Positions 27,189 to 33,026 of a stretch of 33,026 nt of DNA are shown in pieces. This stretch comes from Bigelowiella natans CCMP2755. Its lineage: Eukaryota; Protista; Cercozoa. The translations under genes were made by a program, and so were the position numbers. Under the pieces are notes generated by a model, which did not search any database, was not told where the DNA came from, and saw only the letters and a list, made by a program, of their open reading frames with translations. Numbering within the stretch: position 1 is the stretch's first letter; each line of letters begins with the position of its first letter. The stretch covers positions 1-33,026 of the forward strand of contig ADNK01002146.1 of the NCBI GenBank assembly GCA_000320545.1. Reading direction: 5' to 3'.

Positions 27189-27222
<34 letters not shown>

Positions 27223-27561
27223 TACAACCCACTACTACTGCTGCTGCTGATAATTGTGTTGCCCCGACCTGAGTTCAAGCTTGGTCATCGCGACGTTGGA
27301 GAGGATCATATAACTCGAGAAACTAAGTGATACAAATAGCACCCTGAGCAAATAACTTCCCCATCCTAAGTCTTTGGCCCCATTTGCCGACGAAGAGAAC
27401 AAGCTGGTAGTGTGCTTCGCAACCTGGCCGATTTAATAAGGGAAGTAGTCAATTAAGCGGAATATTTTACGGCTTCTCAACAAAACATCGCATGTCATTA
27501 ACTATGATCATCATCGCCATTCACATCACTCTCCATGATCACTATCATCGAAAAGGGCAAT

Positions 27562-27595
<34 letters not shown>

Positions 27596-28669
27596 GCAAC
27601 AACAACAGCAACAACAACAGCAACAATAACAACAACAACAACAGCAACAACAACAGCAACAACAACAACAACAACAACAGCAACAACAACAGCAACAACA
27701 ACAGCAACAATAACAACAACAACAACAACAGCAACAATAACAACAGCAACAACAACAGCAATAACAACAACAACAACAGCAACAACAACAGCAACAAAAT
27801 CGTTGTACCTGCGTGCATATGAGGACCACTACCATTTGCAGCAGCGTCACAAGAAGCGGAAACGGTGCCTCTGCAAAACATATTCTCAGTAAGAATAATT
27901 GAATTATATTCGAATTGAAATCCTAGGCCCATTGATTCAACTTGACCCGTCACAGGAAACCCTCCGCTTCCCTCCCCAGAAAAACACTTCACTCCCCGTC
28001 ATTTTCTCGTTGATAAAAATCTAGTTGGTAGCGAAGACGCACATACTTTTCAGCAACCAATTGTTGTAAAACATGTAGGCGACTGCGCAGGGAACGGATA
28101 TTCCAATACTAATCCAAAGATTGGTGCCCCCGCAATACTGCGGTCGGCTGTGGCCATAGTCTTTGATCCCAACCCCCCCCCTGAAAACAATGAACTCAGT
28201 GCGACCATATCGTGACGATATAGGTGGATAAAGCTTACGGTGGGACTTTCATAGGGACCCCCATGTCCCCCCTTGACATACTCTGATTATATTGACAAGA
28301 AAGATCACGTCATCACAATTGTAACACATGCAGCCGCTTTCATCATCATCTTTTTCCTCTATTTCTCCGATCCACAACCTTGTTGAGGAGAGGCTCCTGG
28401 TCCTAATGACACATATTTGTCAATAAATTCACGGAAACTGACGCTCAAAGATTCAATGCGAAGTTAGGCACGAAGAAGCGGGCATGAGGGATCAAACCGG
28501 GTCATCCATTGGCACAGCGGTTCCAATCCCTTGATAATTATGCCAATAATATCTGCCTTAATTGCTTGTCGCATAGGTATTTTCGCCTGTATTCTAGAAG
28601 ATGATACCGGTCGAGATTGGGAACTACCAGCTCGTGAATTCTTCGGCGAGCAGAAACAATTTTGCCCAT
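24086..28669 (-). CDS. SLC35/triose-phosphate-transporter-like (DMT superfamily) multi-pass membrane region, N-terminal part of the same probable gene
   Basis: Start MGKIVSARR (ATG 28669). Exons give AYMFYNNWLLK|KAPFPLLVTLLQMVVVLICTQ, SYLLRVLFVSLSFSSYMILSNVAMTKLELS|VIRMLSSTQLMFFGMGFVLFG|FE, GITAQLGANWLF, SIICHAAPVATIFTLLFFLATE, AFLINGFLYF, LVTSFLVLVTGISIFITG. The NxWLL...PFPxxxTxxQ and LSNxA...S motifs are typical of NST/TPT transporters. Junctions around 24550-25050 are not fully resolved. Confidence 0.72.
27559..27797. repeat. ~240 bp (AAC)n/(AGC) trinucleotide tract with recurring AAC-AAC-AAC-AGC higher-order unit, intronic
   Basis: Directly visible; lies inside the intron between exons ...LICTQ and VAKHTT... 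of the minus-strand transporter. Confidence 0.92.
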
Positions 28670-28849
28670 GTCGTACGGCGAAATAAGAGGCTATTTTTGT
28701 CACTTATTTTGAGTGAATTCCACCTAAAAGGATCCGATGAGGCATTTCCGTGCGCTTTTTCGAGGGTTTCTTCCATGCGACAATGCAGTTTAACTCATCC
28801 CAAGGAAAAATCCTGACAGACTCCGAACTGCTTCGACCTCGCTCGGAAA
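28670..28849. promoter_or_regulatory. Putative bidirectional promoter between transporter gene and HAD hydrolase
   Basis: About 180 bp between divergent ATGs; free of microsatellites. Confidence 0.5.
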
Positions 28850-29391
28850 ATGGGGGACACGTGGAGACCGCCACGTCGTCTGGGGATGGGGATGTATCCG
28901 CGTCGTTCAAGACCGACCACCCTGCTTCGTCTCTTGGTAGGATTGGTTCTAGTAATGATAGGAATTATCCATGTTAGTTTCCGAGCACGCCGCGTAGCTG
29001 GGGGGGGTATTAAGAGCAGATGCATCGTGCAACAACCAGCAAGGTGCTTCTTTTCTCCTCGAAGGCAGCTGTCAATGGCAGCAACAGCAAACGTCGAACA
29101 TCTTCATGGAATTGAAGATATCGTTGATAAGTACGATGCCTTTCTGGTGGACCAATTCGGTGTCATTCACGATGGGAAGAAGGCGTACACGGTACGTGGC
29201 GTTACTACTGCCGCCGACTATACTTTCTTCGTGCATATTCCTACTTTGACTCGACTTTGATGGTACTTAGGGAGCAATTGAGTGCATGGGCAAAATTTTT
29301 GCTAAAAAGAAACCAGTAATATTACTGAGTAACTCATCCAAGGTGATATGACATGAGACAGCGGCACATGTATCTAGAACCGAAGAAAGTT

Positions 29392-29481
<90 letters not shown>

Positions 29482-30040
29482 GCGGGGGGGAGGGAGGGGA
29501 GAGTGCGTGCGACGTATCCATATATCCATTAAACACTGACTTTCAGAGCCCATTATGAGTGCCACGTCGTCACCTGCTGAAAAGAGAGTTTGATTCTTTT
29601 TGCAGAAGAAGGATGGCAGCGTTAAACGCATGGTGAAGATGGGTTTCTCCAAGGACACCTTTGCTGATCTAATTACAAGGTAAGGTGGTGGCGCACCAAT
29701 GTTCGAAAATACTTGAGGATCCCATCATCTCTATTAGTTTCTCATCATCATCATCATTATTATCATCACATCATCATCACCTCGTTGCAACCCCCTCATA
29801 CGCTCTTTGTGCACGATTCTACTACAGTGGGGACCTTGTATGCGAAGGCTTGAAACCTGAGCAAAGAGAAGGAATTTTCGGCGATTTTCAGGGTCGAAGG
29901 ATGCTCGTATTTGGCAATGGCGACGAAGATGACGAGTAGTAGTGAGAGACAGCTTTATGATGATGATGAACCACAACGACGAAAACACAATTAGCCGATA
30001 AAATTAGGACTGAGTTAGATTTTCGACTTAAATTTGATAT

Positions 30041-30085
<45 letters not shown>

Positions 30086-30943
30086 ACACACACACACACA
30101 TACACGCTCATGTACACACACAAACACAACATGGTACGGTGACAAAGTTGAGCGGTGTGTGGCGCACTTTCAGCAACCGCAGCTGTACCAGTGGAATGAA
30201 TATATCGATCCCTTTTAAGCATGTGATGATGTGCTTCTGGCGGTTTCATCAACTGATGTAACGAGAAATATATGTATTTCAGATATCTCTCGGAGATCGG
30301 CACTCCTTCGAATAGCGAAGATGCTGACTTCATCTTGGCCAGAGGCACGTTCTCTCTTCTCACGGAGTCGGAGAAAATATCGGCACCAAATTCTAGGGTA
30401 TTATTATTAGTAGTAGTAGTAGCAGTAGTTGTGGTAGTAATTGTTGTTGTTGTTGTCGTTGTTGTATCTATTATATATGATGCGATTTCGAGCATGAATG
30501 TTGAAAAGCGGATAGTTGTGTGAAGCATCCGTGTGCCCGAAAATAGATACATCTGTATATTTTGCAAAGGGCCACCCTGCACTGCTCGGTGTGCGTATGT
30601 TGCGACGTATGCATGCGGGCGAGGATCATCATTCAGATATTACTTATATCAATATTATATATGTTTGTGTGTGTGTGTGTGTGTGTCACGCCGATGAAAC
30701 AATTAGGACATGCTCGATCGATTCCGAACGGTCATGTGTGATGCCAAGAAAAAAGGCGGTCTCAAGATGCTTGTTAGCAATCCAGGTGGGTCTCTTTAGC
30801 TTCTCTCCTTCTCCTTCCTCTTCTTCTTCTTCTTCTTCTTCTTCTTCTTCTTTTTCTGAGTGGTGGGTCGTCGTCGTATGCTTTGGCTCAAGTAACACTT
30901 TTAGCTCCTATCTTCTCTTTTGTTTGATTTCCTCTCTTTTCTC

Positions 30944-30987
<44 letters not shown>

Positions 30988-31830
30988 CTAAATATTCATC
31001 GGTATCGTCGCCTCATCAGCATCATCTAAGCTAGCAGTATCATCATAAGCTTCTTAAAATCTCTGATGTTGTGTGCGTTTTCCCTGCTGCAGATCTTGTG
31101 CGGCCTGATGGCGACGACTCTCCCATGCCAGGCCAGTTGGGCAATTTTTACGAGTCATTAGGCGGTCAAGTGACCTACGTCGGCAAACCACATTCGTATA
31201 TCTACGACCACGCTTTTGACGTTCTGAGGTAGAGCCATCACACCCTCCCCCCCCCCCGACTGTGTGGAGGCGGCATTACATCTCCGTAATCCAGTACGGA
31301 GAGTGACGATGTCGATGATAATGACGACATCATATCAGAAGGCAGTTTGGCATCACGGACAAGAAGCGAATATGCGCCATCGGAGACGTTATGTACGTGA
31401 TGTGGCAAAGCTAGTAGGACGGGGGGGGGTGGGGGGAGAAGGCGAAGTAGGGCATGGAGGCATTTATTCAGCGAAGGTAAAATCCACGAACAACCAGACG
31501 TGCTATGTCTTTACGTAAAAGGTACACTGATATCCTCGGCGCAAATAGCAACGAGATTGACAGCATCCTTATTCTTGACGGTGTGCATGCTTCCGAACTA
31601 GGGATTCAGGTATATGACTCACTGCTAACTATACATGGTTCAAAAAGATCTAATGTACAGCAACACACATGAGAACACACATAATTCTATGGCAAACGTA
31701 CGTTATCATTACGCAGCAAACGAGTGGAGATCGGCCGGACGACAAGCCCCTCAAGGAGCTTCTGGAGTCATATGCTGATTGCGGCACTCCCACATACGTT
31801 ATGGACCATTTCCAGTGGGGCGCGCTTTGA
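28850..31830 (+). CDS. HAD-superfamily subfamily IIA hydrolase (DQFGV type) with bipartite signal + transit-like leader, ~10 exons
   Basis: YDAFLVDQFGVIHDGKKAYT|GAIECM...ILLSNSS, ITSGD, ADFILARGT, MLVSNP|DLVRP...MPGQL...YVGKPHSYIY, ICAIGDVMYTDILGAN...ILDGVH, PTYVMDHFQWGAL* (TGA 31828-31830). Start could be ATG 28850 or one of the next two Met codons. Confidence 0.92.
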
Positions 31831-32089
31831 CATGACGACGCCCAGCAAAAGTCAACTCATATTAATAAATTGGTATCGTTGCTGCAGGGAATACTCGCTC
31901 AATTATTCACTCATTCGTGCGAGTTGATGCTCTATCTGGCCTCCTCCTTCAGCTTTAGAGCATATTCGTTTTTATTATTTGTAAGACGGATGTAATGGAT
32001 CAAATTAAATTTGTTCAATGGTCATCCTAATGTAGTTGTGCAATGCAGCGGCTAGAGCGCTAATTTGTATGATCGTGAAACCTGTAACG

Positions 32090-32335
32090 CTGTATGCTAG
32101 CATGTAACGATGTGAAAATGCAGGCGGGTTATTTATTGCTGCACATGTGCTACTGACTGACTGACATCACCATTCATATTGAATAGCATCAGTATCGAGT
32201 ACAGCATGCGCTGCCTTACTAGCTTAGCGATGAGCTGCATGAGAGTGCATATGTATTTTATCATTTGAGTTATGCCTGCGACATAACTATCTAGCTATGT
32301 CTAGATTCAGTTGCGATCTGTCTAGCTGTGCTATT
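32090..32335. repeat. CTAG/CATG palindrome-rich spacer downstream of the HAD gene
   Basis: CTATCTAGCTATG 32287-32299, CTGTCTAGCTGTG 32318-32330, CAGCATGCGCTG 32202-32213. Confidence 0.6.
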
Positions 32336-32687
32336 TAAATTTCATCACCATCACCACGCTTGTCCTACGTACATGTATGAGCTGCTGTCTATCAAGTAAC
32401 AATAATGTCGCGAATGGCAACGATGAAAACATGCTGCTCAAAGGAACAAACACAATTTTAGCGCTGTGGCCGCTGCTTTGCATAGCTACATTAGAATGAC
32501 CATTGAGAAAAGATAATTTATTCATGCCGTCCGTCTCGTACATGCTAAGTTTAAATCTAAACAAAGTCAGATTAGCTAATACAAGTGGTGCATGAGCGGG
32601 GTCCTCGCCTGCCGTGCTCACAGTCCACAACGACGACCAATACCAATCTCGCACTACTCGTCACAACTGCTGGTAGTGCATGGCGAC

Positions 32688-32971
32688 TCATCCCCAAATA
32701 TCGACACTTCCCTCAAATCCGCCTCGCACTATATTCTGCTGCTGCTGCTGCTGCTAGCTTTTGTGCCCGCATTCAGGCTCCGAGAGGAACGAATCTGCGA
32801 GGGAAAAGACATGATTAAACGACGACGTAGATTGATTCGTTCAGCATCGCTCATTTATCTTGCAAATGTGAAGAGCCACCGACCATCGTGTTGGAAGAGC
32901 AGCTTCCATCCCTTCTTCTTCGGGTTATTTTTCCGTGGAGAAGCTTTCGTCAGGCAGCACACGCTCACAAA
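32688..32971 (-). CDS. Possible 3'-terminal exons of a minus-strand gene entering from the right edge (product unknown)
   Basis: Plausible acceptor tttcag then FVSVCCLTKASPRKNNPKKKGWKLLFQHD|DSFLSEPECGHK..., with an intron-like poly-C tract upstream. No recognisable family; stop uncertain. Confidence 0.3.
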
Positions 32972-33026
32972 CTGAAAGATACAATGTGTGGAGGTGGGGG
33001 GGGGGGGGGGGGGGGGTTTCCCAAAA

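Noticed and set aside
27498-27992. Poly-Leu 164 aa, poly-Asn 95 aa and poly-Cys 101 aa ORFs
   Set aside because: All are frames of the same intronic (AAC/AGC)n tract.

Overview
Intron-dense eukaryotic (protist) nuclear DNA. Most short ORFs in the supplied track are microsatellite artefacts, so I rebuilt genes by hand from splice sites and conserved protein motifs. In order: 3' part of an ABCG transporter (+); gamma-secretase subunit PEN-2 (-) head-to-head with a BORCS6/lyspersin-like gene (+); a tandem CCCH zinc finger + SAM-like protein (-); an unexplained ~450 bp island; a ~1,250 aa protein fusing a signal peptide, BPI/LBP-like (TULIP) repeats and two PqiA/LetA-like membrane domains (-); an EFG1 rRNA-processing homologue with a signal-peptide-like N-terminus (+); an SLC35/TPT-like transporter apparently spliced in frame to a permuted papain-like (NlpC/P60, YiiX-type) domain (-); a HAD IIA hydrolase with a bipartite plastid-type leader (+); and possibly the 3' end of another gene (-). 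The leaders and splicing style suggest an alga with a complex plastid, possibly a chlorarachniophyte (inference). Best leads: the TULIP-PqiA fusion, the transporter-NlpC/P60 fusion, the signal-bearing EFG1, and a family of CTAG/CATG palindromic motifs concentrated where gene 3' ends meet. All family assignments are from motif recognition by eye; no searches were run.
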